Both the position numbers and the translations under genes were made by a program. A stretch of DNA of 63,482 nt, counting the filler, from Octopus bimaculoides (lineage: Eukaryota), in assembly GCF_001194135.2 (NCBI RefSeq). It is 6 parts of 6 records of this genome, joined end to end, with 100 filler letters (N's around TTAATTAATTAA, not from the genome) between each part and the next. Parts side by side here need not be neighbours in the genome. Positions count along the whole stretch, not along the records: positions 33,580 to 52,664 come from NC_069007.1; 5 more parts are not named here. The stretch is one strand, 5' to 3'. Positions 39,177-51,405 of this stretch are shown one piece after another. The notes beneath the pieces were generated by a model. That model was not told where the DNA came from and did no database searches. It worked only from the letters and a program-made list of their open reading frames with translations. Numbering within the stretch: the stretch's first letter is position 1; each line of letters starts with the position of its first letter.

Positions 39177-41915
39177 CTGTAAAGAGAAACCAAATGCAAC
39201 AGACATGTCACAAGTTCAAGCAGAGTTCCTCAAGGCACAACATTCATCCCCACCAGTGGGGCCTTAAGATCTTTTTACAGCGAAGAAGGCAGAGCTAAGC
39301 ACTGGGGTGGATGTAATTACCTTACCTACTCCCATGAAATTGCTGGCCTTGTGCCACAATTTGAAACTATTATTATTATCCCCGCCTTAGTGAAAGCAGA
39401 GGTATTGTTTTCAGTTGTGTTTGTTTGTTCTGGCATAGTTTTCTACTGCTGGATGCCCTTCCTAATGCCAACCACTCCGAGAGCATAACGGGTGCTTTTA
39501 CATGCCATCAGCACAGGTGCCATTTGCATGACATTGGGGTGCTTTCATGTGCCACTGGCAGGGGTGCCATATTGCGTGACACCAGTATCTGTCACAACTG
39601 TGATTATGCTCGGCTTGAGGGGTCTTCTTCTCAAGCATGGCATAATGCCAAAAGTCTTGGTCATTGCCTCCGTGAGGCGCAACACTTGAAAGGAACTCAG
39701 CCCTACTAAAGACACAAGGCCTGAAATTTGGGGGAGGGGGATAGTCGATTTTACACCGACCCCAATACTCAACTGGTGCTTATTTCATCAACTCCAAAAG
39801 GATGACAGGCAAAGTTGACCTTGGCAGTATTTGAACTCAGAACATAGCAATTGGCGAAATACCAGAAAGCATTTTGCCTGGCATGCTAACAATTCTGCCA
39901 GCTCACCACCTTAATTATAATAATAATAATAATAATAATCGTTTAACGTCAGCTTTCCATGCTGGCATGGGTTGGACGGTTTGACTGAGGACTGGTGAGT
40001 CAGAGGCTGCACCAGACTCCAATCTGATCTGGCAGAGTTTCTACAGCTGGATGCCCTTCCTAACTGCAACCACTCCATGAGTGTAGTGGGTGCTTTTATG
40101 AGCCACCGGCACAAGGGCCAGTCAGGAGGTTCTGGCAACGACCACGCTCAAAAGGTATTTTTTACGTGCTACCTGCATGGGAGCCAATCTGGCGGCACTG
40201 GCAATGACCACACTCGAATGCTGTTTTACACATGCCACCAGCACATGTGCCAGTAAGGCAACACTAGCACAGGAGCCAATCTGTGGCCCTAGAACAATCA
40301 CACTCGGATGTGCTTTCAATGCTCCACTGGCACGAGTGCCAATCAGGTGGTACTGTCTTTTCTACTAAAGGCACAAGGTCTGAAATTTGGGGGAGGGGGA
40401 AAGCCGATTACATCAACCCCAGTGTTTCACTGGTACTTAATTTATCGACATCCAAAAGGATAAAGGTTAAGTCGACCTCGGCAGAATTTGAACTCAGAAC
40501 ATAGTAGCAGATGAAATACCGCTAAACACTTCACCCGATGTGCTAATGATTTTGCCAGCTCACTGGCTTAATAATAATAATAAGAAGAAGAAGAAGAAGA
40601 AGAAGAATGCTTTCTACAATTTGGGGAAGGGGTTTAGTCGACTCCAGCGTTTCTTAATTTATCGACCCTGAAAGGATGAAAGGCAAAGTTGGTGCTGGCG
40701 GAATTCGAACTCAGAAAGTAAGGGCGGACGAAATGCCGTTAAGTATTTCGTCCAGCTCCCTAACGATTCAGCCAGCTCACCGCTTTAATAATAGTAATAA
40801 TACTTTCTGGTTTAGACACAAATTCAGAAATAAAGCGTTTGACCTGAGCAAAAAAAAAACAAAACAAAAGAAAAATAGTGTAATAGATGTAACACAACTT
40901 GCACTAAACGAATATGAAAAAAAGAATGCGCGCTCGCGAACGGCGAGGTGGGAGGAGAGGACTCGGAACATTCACCGGGTCAAACGTTTTAGTTTAACCG
41001 GGGAAATAGCTGATGCTTTCAACCACAATACTAAACAGGTATATACTTTACCAACCCTGGAGAAAAGAACGATACCCCATCACCACCACCAACAACAACT
41101 TTCTTGAAAACGTATAATTTCTAATGAAACTTTCCACAGAAACATTTTAGCTAGTGGAGATCACGATTATTAGAGGTAATCTTTTTCCTTTCTCTTTTTT
41201 TTTAGACGGGAAGACGATTCGGTTTAAGCACCCCATATAACCAGGCGATCTTATCAAAGAATGTTCCAAACACATTTTCGAGTGTAGATTACGATACAGA
41301 TTTCTTTTTCAAATTTGATCACGGTAATTATACTCTACAGCCTCGTAAACGTATCTATGGAAATTTTCGTTAAAGTATTTGCATATAACCAAGTCCGGTA
41401 ATATTTATTTTTCTCAATTTTCTACATACACAATTGCAATTCTACGCCATCTAAAATCTCTCTGTGGAAAATTTCATTAAAAAACACGCATTTTAAAGAA
41501 AGTTATGGGAGAAACAAAGTTGAAGGTGGGGTACGCTTCTGTAGTTATGGCGGTGAGACAAAGTCGACCTTGGCGTCATTTGAACTTAGGACGTAAAAAG
41601 ACAGAACAGGTACCACAAGGACATTTCCAATACTCTAACAATTCTCCCAGTTCGCAGCCAATTCTAATAAAAGATTATATTTGCCCTTGAAGAACAATCT
41701 GGAAGTCATCAAACTCGAAAAGGTTTCAAGCAGTTTATTTAACTGCTTGGAAATAAAACATTCTATATCTTCGATCATCACCTAAGAGACGAACAGATGT
41801 GAAACGAGATCGAGTGGTGTTTATTGCTCTTGGTCCGTGCTCAAAACTCTAAATTACTCACATATTTTTTTATAATTACGACGCTTGAAACATAACTTAA
41901 TAAATTCCCACTTAC

Positions 41916-41974
41916 CGTTTCTTCAGTAAATGCCTGTGGCTACACAGAACAGGCCTTCCTATAACCCGGAACAT
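41916..41974 (-). CDS. PITRM1: PITRM1 coding exon 1, probable mitochondrial presequence (MFRVIGRPVLCSHRHLLKKR)
   Basis: ATG at 41974, donor CG|gtaagt, phase 2 matches exon 2. Arg/Lys-rich with no acidic residues. CpG-retaining flanks. Assignment is by phase and composition, not homology. Confidence 0.78.
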
Positions 41975-42528
41975 GCCTTGGATCAAAGGATCGAACAGAA
42001 AATAATAAAGAACAAGATTTAACAATTACGGACAACCGTGAGGAATGTACATATGCTGGTTAGAGATGATGTAAGGGGTCTTAATAAGAAGAACGAGGGG
42101 AGGCTACTCACGGCAACCATAATATGTATATTTATTTATTCTTTGCTAATCTAGGCTTAAAGGCCCGAAATTTTGGGAGAGGGGACCAGTCGATTAGATC
42201 GGCTCCGGTACGCAACTGGTACTTAACTTATCGACCCCGAAAGGATGAAAGACAAAGTCGACCTCGGCAGAATTTGAATTATATATATATATATTAACGG
42301 AGCAATCAACTAACCTAAATTCCGATCATATATATATATATATATATATTAACATCCACCCCTAGGGGTCAGCCACATTTAAGTGGCAATATACTTCACT
42401 TTATATATATATATATATATATATATTTACATTCACGTTATATTATATTATATTATTTGTGTGGGGTGGGGTGTACATATATGTGTAATAGTATAAAAAT
42501 TATATATGTCTATTTTTATATAAATATA

Positions 42529-43498
42529 CATAGGGTGGGTAAAACAGGTAAACGGGGCAAAATGAGTAATTTCTGTATTTTTGTTATTTCTTTGTTTTCT
42601 ACCTGTTTGAAAACATTAGATTGCAGGTATTGCATCATCTTTAGGAATTGAAATTGGTCAGCATAGTGGTTGTTATAATTGTTGTTGTTGTTGCTGCTAC
42701 TGTTGTTGATGTTGTTGTTGCTGGAATTAAGAGAGTTTGAAACATAGCCAGGTGACAAGATACCTTTCTTTCAAGAAATTCTTCCTCAATTCTCACCTGA
42801 TTGTAATTGAGGTTGCTAATAAAATATCTGGATAATTCTTGGTATCTAACAATCAATATTATTTTCTCTATTAGATTCCAAGTCAATTTTTTTTTTTCCT
42901 ACACTAGACTAATTTGAGAATTTTCAAGTTTCCAAAAATTTATGTCTAAATCGGGGCAGAATGAGTTAGGATTAATTTCAATAACTTCTTCCCTTTAACT
43001 GCACGATGGGTAAATATTTCGGGAAAAGGGTCACTCCAACAGATCGTGAAGAGGTTATGGAGAATATTTTATTTTGAGCTTTTAGGTTTAGTCGACTTTT
43101 GTTAACTTTATATTATGTGCTATTTTTCCATGATCCTCTTTCATTTGACCATATTAAATAAATTTTTGTTGCATTTCTGATCTTTCTGACGCCTAAGGAT
43201 GAATACTGATGTATATGAACCTTTTTTCAAATATAATTCTGGAGGATGGAAGAGGCATATTTACTTTACTTTGGTTTACTCGTTTTGCCCCGCTGAATTT
43301 GTTTTTTCTATGCTCACAAAGAACGATGCTAATGTTTTATAATAGAGTTCTGAATATGTTATAGTATTTTTTTATGCATTTAGAAAAGGTCATTTGCTAA
43401 GCTGAAATAGTTCTTGTGAGGTAATGAGCATTTGTACAAAATATATTTTATCTCAAATTAAAAAATGCAGTAAATTTTACTGATTTTGCCCCACCATG
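42529..43498. mobile_element. Non-autonomous DNA transposon (MITE-like), imperfect TIRs, TA at both ends
   Basis: TA|CATAGGGTGGG..GGGGCAAAATGAGTAA at left; TTACTGATTTTGCCCCACCATG|TA at right; a further internal GGGGCAAAACGAGTAA copy on the minus strand. Confidence 0.6.
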
Positions 43499-43584
43499 TA
43501 TATGTATATACATTTATCTATCTGGGGGTGGGGTGGCCGCGCGCGTGTATAATCCGAAGTGTACTACATTATATATCCGTTACG

Positions 43585-43680
43585 GCCGATTTTACCAATC
43601 AGTTTCGCGCTAGGGATTCAATGGAGTGTTACATAACAAACCGATTGTGTAACCCTGCACCCATCAGAGATAATTGTTAT
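43585..43680 (-). ncRNA. Degenerate hammerhead ribozyme copy in the 3' terminal repeat
   Basis: CTGATGG (A9>G) ... GAAAC-TGATTG-GTA. Stem II covaries with the other copy. Confidence 0.45.
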
Positions 43681-45422
43681 CGAATGAAATATAGTGACTG
43701 CTCTCTATTGTTAGAGGTAAATAGACACATCCGGTTTGTGGTTGTTGTGAAAAAGATGATGAAATGAAATGTGTAGGGGATGGAGTTAAGAGTTATGCCC
43801 CTTGGTACCGAAACATCTCCACAGGGATTGGCTATGTTGCAAGTCGCTAAGAGTTTTCTGGAAAAGTTTGTGGAAAATGTGTGCATCCTTAAGGTTGGTG
43901 TTCTTGTGGAAATGGAATATGCGTAGCGGCACTATATGTGTGACGTTTGCAGGGGGTGTGGGCATACACATCTGTATTCGTTAGTGTGTTCTCTTTTTTT
44001 TTAATATACTAGTTAATTTCGTGAGGCATGCAGTGTGTGTAGGGGGTACAATGTCTGTAGGAATTTATTTTGGAAAACAGCCTATTGGGTAGGTGTCCAC
44101 CGTGTTGGGGTGCGCGTGTTTGTGAATGCATTGGTGTATGCTCTGGTCAAACTCTTTGCCGGGCTCCAGGGTATTAATGGAGGGCCGAGGGTGGGGGATT
44201 GGTGATTATGTGTCATGGTGGGGCATGCATGTATGATAGGATGTACTTCCTTTCATGTGGGCAAGGATTAAAAATTCCACTTCTGCTATTCAAGTAAATG
44301 CCTGGGCGCTCGGAGCTCTTTAAAATCGCTCTTTTCTCAGCCAAGCATAATCTACACCTCCTTTTGCTATTGAAGTACGCTTTACATTTCTGTAGAATCT
44401 TCCACTTTATGCTGTACTCGGTGGTGCTTTCTTTTAACGATCATAGTGCTTGGCCAGGGTTGTGGAGTTACGTCTCTCTAGGATCTTGAAAGAGGACTTG
44501 TGGTTGCTATAGCGGGTTCTGAAAGGGCCTTCAGTTGCTCCCACGTACTTCCGCACGTTTGGTTGCCCATTTGGTCCTGTGGCTGTCACATCTGCCTCGT
44601 ATATGATGGTCTCCGTGTTACAATGGCCGTTCAGTGGACATGTTGTGTAAGCCCAACATGTGCATCCTGCCTCTGTCTCTACCAACTAAAATCATTTTTA
44701 CACTGATACACAGCTAAAGGAAATTCTCAGGATATGTTTATTGAATATTTTGTTGAACCTATTTGTACGGGGGAAGTGATTATCTACTAAGTTAAGAAAA
44801 ATCTTACCTACTCGGGTTTTAACACTTAAAGAAAAGGGTGGTGTGAACCACAACACTTTCCGATGACGCTTTCTCTTGGGTCTGGAGTATGACTAATTCT
44901 ATCCTTGGAACCGCTGGTGACCAGAGCCTCATTGTAGTATGGGGCGGTAGCATAACAAATCTCTTAGCTTGAAGATAAGGTGGAGATTCTTCTGCTGGCG
45001 CCCTTTATCAGGTTCTTGAAAACTATGGCTGAATGATAGGAACCTGTGTTAATGTATGATAACTTCTTGTTTGGCTTCCTAAAGGGTCTATAGGCACCGG
45101 ACTCTAAGCCCAGGGCCACATCAAGCAAATCCACCGTTTTCAGGTTGGTCTCTATTGTATATATTAGAAGTGTATAAGAAAATATAATACAACACAATAC
45201 AATTTGGTCAGGCGTTAAGTTACAGGACTGTAACGTGGAAGACATGAAGCTAAGCAAAATGGTTTGGAAAATTTTTATTTTAAAATGAAAAGGAAAATGG
45301 TAAGTGAATTAGAAGTGTATAAGATTCTGTATATTGCTATCTCGGTGTCTGGATATGTCTACGATTATTTCTACATCATGTGGTAGGTAATATGTATGTA
45401 TATATGTATGTATGTATGTATG

Positions 45423-45458
<36 letters not shown>

Positions 45459-46807
45459 TGTATGTATTTATATATATACTCTTTTCTAATCAGTCGCCAC
45501 GCTTGACTGCTAAATCCACAAGTTTTTTTTTCTATTTTCTCTCTGTTTATTTTCTCTCATCCTTCATTTATGTTGAAGAGCGTAGACTCGAAATGTAAAA
45601 GACTTTCTCACTTTCCCCGACGTCAAACTAATNNNNNNNNNNTTTAAACATGTAATGACCTCGTTGGTGTTACGCCATAAGGGTGAGGTCAGGTGTTTCT
45701 TATTTCTTTGCTGCCTACAAGGGGCTAAACATAGAGGGGACAAACAAGGACAGAAAAACGGATTAAGTCGATTACATCGACCCCAGTGCGTAACTGGTAC
45801 TTATTTAATCGCCGCCGAAAGGATGAAAGACAAAGTCGACCTCGGCGGAATTTGAACTCAGAACGTAGCGGCAGACGAAATACCGCTAAGCATTTCGCCC
45901 GGCGTCCTAACGTTTCTGCCAGCTGGCCTCCTCAGATGTTTCTAACGCCGTTACTGACCTTCCTGGTGAGCTGTTTGCTCACCTGTCCGATCTCAGATTT
46001 CGCGGGTTTTACCAGCCTGCATTTGGAGTTAGAAGCAAAGTTTGGTTTATGATCCTTGATCGTTATGAAGGCTTCTTTCTTCGCAGGTGTCTCTATCCTA
46101 TCTTCTATGCCTAGTTTAATCACTGGCCACATGGTTAATGCTATCATAATCTTGAGGGGCAGCCCTCCTGTGCGTTTATGTAATGGTGTTGTTAAGAAGC
46201 TGTGCGTATGTGTCGTTATTTACTTGAAATAAATTTTTTTGTCTTATTAGAGAATAGAATGGTCCTATCAGAAGATCTAAGTCTACGGGTGTCTGCTCTA
46301 AGCTTACGTTGGAAAACGTTTGAGGACTTACGGAATTTCAAGCAGGGTATAATGTCCAAAAGGTCATTCTCGAGGGCCTCCAGCTCCTTCATCTTTAGCG
46401 GGAACTTTCTGAATTTTGGCCCAAAATGTTCCGTTTCTGTTGGTGACATGGGCTGGCCAAAGTAAAAGGCCTTCCATCTCATCTGTCTGATCAAGTTGAT
46501 TACCTTCTCTAGCAGCAACCTTCAATTTAGTTCCTTCGGTGGAGTTGGGATATTCTTCACAGGCCATACAATTCCAAATCCATTGTAGAGGATGTATAAT
46601 ATATGTGGTGAGATTTTGGTGACTATGTAGAGCTCACTGCTGGGAAGCGCAGACAACCTATTGTAATATACTCTTCGATGTGCAGCAGCGCATGCGTACA
46701 TTCGTAAGTCATCTAAAAGTCCATAAGTCAGGGGAAAGAGGCACTCGTTTATCTATCAATAGAGTGGGTATACTATCGAAAGTGTACAGTTATATATATC
46801 CATCATA

Positions 46808-46900
46808 GTCGATCTTACCAATTAGTTTCACGTTAGGGGTTACAACGGAGTGTTAGATAACAATCCGATTACATAAACCTATGTTCATCAGAGGTAACCG
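46808..46900 (-). ncRNA. Putative hammerhead ribozyme in the 5' terminal repeat of the Penelope-like element
   Basis: Minus strand CTGATGA-stemII-GAAAC-TAATTG-GTA with intact core. Stem I is weak in this copy. Confidence 0.6.
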
Positions 46901-48515
46901 ATATGGAATGAATTATGACGACTACTCTTTATTGTTGGAGGTGAATGGACATACATGGCTTACGGTTGCTGTGAAAAGAGGATATATATATATATATANN
47001 NNNNNNNNNNNNNNNNNNNNNNNNNNNNNNNNNNNNNNNNNNNNNNNNNNNNNNNNNNNNNNNNNNNNNNNNNNNNNNNNNNNNNNNNNNNNNNNNNNNN
47101 NNNNNNNNNNNNNNNNNNNNNNNNNNNNNNNNNNNNNNNNNNNNNNNNNNNNNNNNNNNNNNNNNNNNNNNNNNNNNNNNNNNNNNNNNNNNNNNNNNNN
47201 NNNNNNNNNNNNNNNNNNNNNNNNNNNNNNNNNNNNNNNNNNNNNNNNNNNNNNNNNNNNNNNNNNNNNNNNNNNNNNNNNNNNNNNNNNNNNNNNNNNN
47301 NNNNNNNNNNNNNNNNNNNNNNNNNNNNNNNNNNNNNNNNNNNNNNNNNNNNNNNNNNNNNNNNNNNNNNNNNNNNNNNNNNNNNNNNNNNNNNNNNNNN
47401 NNNNNNNNNNNNNNNNNNNNNNNNNNNNNNNNNNNNNNNNNNNNNNNNNNNNNNNNNNNNNNNNNNNNNNNNNNNNNNNNNNNNNNNNNNNNNNNNNNNN
47501 NNNNNNNNNNNNNNNNNNNNNNNNNNNNNNNNNNNNNNNNNNNNNNNNNNNNNNNNNNNNNNNNNNNNNNNNNNNNNNNNNNNNNNNNNNNNNNNNNNNN
47601 NNNNNNNNNNNNNNNNNNNNNNNNNNNNNNNNNNNNNNNNNNNNNNNNNNNNNNNNNNNNNNNNNNNNNNNNNNNNNNNNNNNNNNNNNNNNNNNNNNNN
47701 TTTCAAAGTGTTTAGTTAAGAAAAAATAATTGAAAAATCTGTCGGTCAGATTGAAAAGATCCATAAGAATAACAAGAAGTAACAAGAAGTAAATAACATA
47801 TAACAAAAGCAATGTTTTTTGGTGAATTAAAATTTCAAATAAAAAAAATTTATTAAGACACGTTAGTAGTTTCTCATTTTTTTGTTCTTTTTTTTCTCCG
47901 TTTCTGTTCGTTTTAGATTTTTTTTTTTTCTGCTTGGATTTTCTTTTCGTTTATTTTACTTTTTCTTTTTGTCTTCAGCATTTTGAATGAAGAGTTGTTG
48001 TTTTTTTTTTAAATTATAAATCGAAAAAATAGAATTAATAAAATTAGTAAATCGTCTTTTGTTCATTTTGTTTGTAAAAGGGTCCGGAAAAAAATGTCAA
48101 CAGCATTTAAACATTATCGACAACCTTCCGCCATATTTTCACATCTATTTTATCAAGACACAACAGTAAAAATAAAGGAAAGGCTACTTTAACCTGTATC
48201 TTTTCGTGTTGTGAACGTTAAAATCAAAGGCATTGAACAAAATTCAATGAAATTAAAAAGCAAGCGCAATGATTTAATAACGCCAGTTTATAAAAATAAA
48301 AAATAAATTGTACAAAAGTACGTTGGAGAAGTGAGGAGAGGGGAGAAATGGGAAATAACTCTGTTAGTAAAATTGTTCAAAATGCCTTCATATGCCACAG
48401 CTATGTATGTTTATATGTATATATGTATATGTATGTATGTACGTATGTATGTATGTATGAGTGTATGCATATATCTACGTATGTGTGTATGTGTGTGTGT
48501 GTATATATATATATA

Positions 48516-48546
<31 letters not shown>

Positions 48547-48663
48547 ATGTATATATATAAATATATGAATGTATATACGTAGTTGAAGCCGCTTACTGTG
48601 ATCACTTTGTATGTACGTATGTATGTATGTATGAGTGTATGCATATATCTACGTGTGTGTATA

Positions 48664-48730
<67 letters not shown>

Positions 48731-49089
48731 ATATATAAATATATGAATGTATATACGTAGTTGAAGCCGCTTACTGTGATCACTTTGGGACGGATCTTTT
48801 TAGGCTATATTAACGTCTTGATAGCATTACGCAGAGAATATAACAATGTAACCGTTTGATAACATTATCAATGATCATAACAGGCCGTATCTACCACGTA
48901 CATACATGCATATATGTTTGTGTGTGTATGTGTGTGTGAGTGGTCAAACAATAGAAAACGTACTCAACACATTTAATAAGAGTTGCATATATAATTCAAA
49001 ATAGTTTGATAAACACACACAATATATATGTGTGTATATATACGTACATGCACACACACATACTCACACACACACACGCGCGCATATAC

Positions 49090-49120
<31 letters not shown>

Positions 49121-49995
49121 TATATACATATAATAGCTGGCTTTTGTGTCTGGCAGAATTNNNNNNNNNNNNNNNNNNNNNNNNNNNNNNNNNNNNNNNN
49201 NNNNNNNNNNNNNNNNNNNNNNNNNNNNNNNNNNNNNNNNNNNNNNNNNNNNNNNNNNNNNNNNNNNNNNNNNNNNNNNNNNNNNNNNNNNNNNNNNNNN
49301 NNNNNNNNNNNNNNNNNNNNNNNNNNNNNNNNNNNNNNNNNNNNNNNNNNNNNNNNNNNNNNNNNNNNNNNNNNNNNNNNNNNNNNNNNNNNNNNNNNNN
49401 NNNNNNNNNNNNNNNNNNNNNNNNNNNNNNNNNNNNNNNNNNNNNNNNNNNNNNNNNNNNNNNNNNNNNNNNNNNNNNNNNNNNNNNNNNNNNNNNNNNN
49501 NNNNNNNNNNNNNNNNNNNNNNNNNNNNNNNNNNNNNNNNNNNNNNNNNNNNNNNNNNNNNNNNNNNNATTCTTTCTTTTTTTTTTTTATTTATATATTT
49601 TTCTCTTTATTCCTCAGTTTCGAATTTCATAAAACATCTTGGAAAAGTTTTCTTTTTCCTGTAAAATCCCCCCTTCCTCTCTCTCTCTTTCTCTTTCTTT
49701 CTCTCTCTCTCTCTCTCTGCCTTTCCTAATATTGTCTCATTCTTTCTTTCTCTCTCTTCCTCTCTTTTTCTCTCTCTCTCTCTTTCTTTCTATCTTTCTC
49801 TGCCTAACTCCCCTAACATTCTCTCACCCTCTCTATTTTCTCTCTCTCTCTCTCTCTTTATCTATCTTTCTCTCTCTCACACACTCACACTCACACTCAC
49901 ATCTCAAGCCTTTTGTTTTATTGTTGTTACATCGCTGTTTTTCTTTATTCCTTTTTCTTCTTTCTTATTTTCTTTTTCTCTCCTATTCTTCCAGT

Positions 49996-50174
49996 TCAGA
50001 CCAGCATACCCTGGTTGATACGTATATATTTATCAAGTATAACACCACACAAACAACCCAAGAAGGGTCCTGCCCAGTAGACTAAGATGTGCTCCCACAT
50101 TTCGGTTCCTTTGCATCCGAGCATGTGACCAGTTGCCATAGCGGGGTTGAAGTACATTCCAGTTAAACTGACCC
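49996..50174 (-). CDS. Terminal exon of an unorthodox aquaporin, AQP11/AQP12-like (GVSLTGMYFNPAMATGHMLGC...VYWAGPFLG...stop)
   Basis: tttcag|GG acceptor, second NPA box, loop E Cys, VYW.GP..G helix 6 motif, TGA at 49996-49998. Upstream exons not found in this segment. Confidence 0.85.
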
Positions 50175-50211
50175 CTGAAATATAAATATAAAAATATATA
50201 TTACATATATA

Positions 50212-51118
50212 CAGGGTGTGTAACATATTTGAGGGCAGATTTAGTGTTATAAAAAGACAGATATATAATAACAGGATAAAAATAAACCTTCTTTTCTATA
50301 ATGTTATTCGATAAAGCCACCTTCAGCTTCAACAACTGCTTCTATATGAGATCTAAATCATCTCCATGCTCGAATCAAGTGGTCCTGGTTCATTTTGGAC
50401 ACTATTTTGACTATGGCAGCTTTCAAAGAAATCTTTGGTGTTGTGGGCGTGTTCATTGACCTCTCTCTCAACAATGCTCCACATGTAGTAGTCTGATGGA
50501 TTGAGATCTGGGGAATTAGGAGGCCAAATGTTAGGGGTTATGTGATCATGAAAATTTTCTACCATCCATTCCTGTGTTACTAGAGCCATGTGTGATGGTG
50601 CAGAGTCTTACTGGAACACATATGGCCTTCCATTGCATACACTGTCTATCCAGGGCTTAACAATTATTTCCAGAATCTCAATGCAGACGGCAGAGTTAAT
50701 TCTAAAGCCTTGTGGAAAGAAGTAAGGAGGCATCACATGTCCTTCATTGCTGACAACCCCTAAAACCATGACAGTTGCAGGAAATTTTGTGTGCATAACA
50801 CTTGGAACTTCAGAAGGGTTTGCCCATAATCATTTGTTATTTCTTCTGTTAACTTTTTGATCTTGATCGAAGTTTTTCTCGTTTGAGAAAAACCAAATCA
50901 AATCTTCACCTGCTGGATTTTTCAACTTGTTTAAAAACCTTTTAGATCTGATGTAGTAATTTTCTTTTGCTTTTTCTGACAAATTGACCTTTCCTCATCA
51001 TAAAAGACTTATAGCTGTTATCTTCATGGACAACATTTCTGACTGTTCCTTCTGACACATTGAGATCTTTTGCAATTGACCTCATGGACTTTCTGGGATT
51101 GTAATCGATGGTATTTTG
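50212..51118 (-). mobile_element. Decayed Tc1/mariner transposon, DD37D (maT-type) transposase
   Basis: Fragments WFFSNEK, VMVLGVVS.EG...P.FF, FQ*DSAPSH, WPPNSPDLNPSDY. 37 residues between 2nd and 3rd D, counted by hand. TA|CAGGGTG end at 50212; the other end is lost at a (TAA)n tract. Confidence 0.88.
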
Positions 51119-51119
51119 C

Positions 51120-51174
<55 letters not shown>

Positions 51175-51405
51175 CCTTTCTACTAAAGACACAATGCCTG
51201 ACCTTTCGTGGGAGGTACTAGTCGATTACATCGAAACCAATGTTTTACTGGTACTTAATTTATCGACCCAAAAGGATGAAAGGCAAAGTCAACCACAGCT
51301 GAATTTGAACTCAGAACGTAAAGGCATACGAAATGCCGCTAAGCATTTCGCCCAGCATGCAACGATTCTGCCGGCTCACCGTCTAATAATAATAATAATA
51401 ATAAT

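Larger units (their letters stand above)
43512..46981 (-). mobile_element. Decayed Penelope-like retroelement (RT + C-terminal GIY-YIG endonuclease) with terminal direct repeats
   Basis: ORF fragments: N-terminus ...IRQMRWKAFYF (46216-46518), RT start KEAFITIKDHKPNF..KCRL (45932-46147), RT thumb LDV...YRPFRKPN (~44964-45160), CxCx5C linker and GIY-YIG IIYEA...YVGAT..F.TR..NH (~44240-44700). Diverged direct repeats ~43512-43757 and ~46748-46981. RT core not recognisable; SINE and microsatellites inserted. Confidence 0.88.

Noticed and set aside
48120-48145. YY1-like CCGCCATATT motif suggesting a promoter
   Set aside because: A single short motif on a gap-bounded contig; the ATG it contains is followed by a stop after six codons.
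48400-48790. ~190 bp tandem duplication containing GTTGAAGCCGCTTACTGTGATCACTTT
   Set aside because: A near-identical, microsatellite-anchored duplicate; likely slippage, allelic duplication or assembly error, with no functional hallmark.
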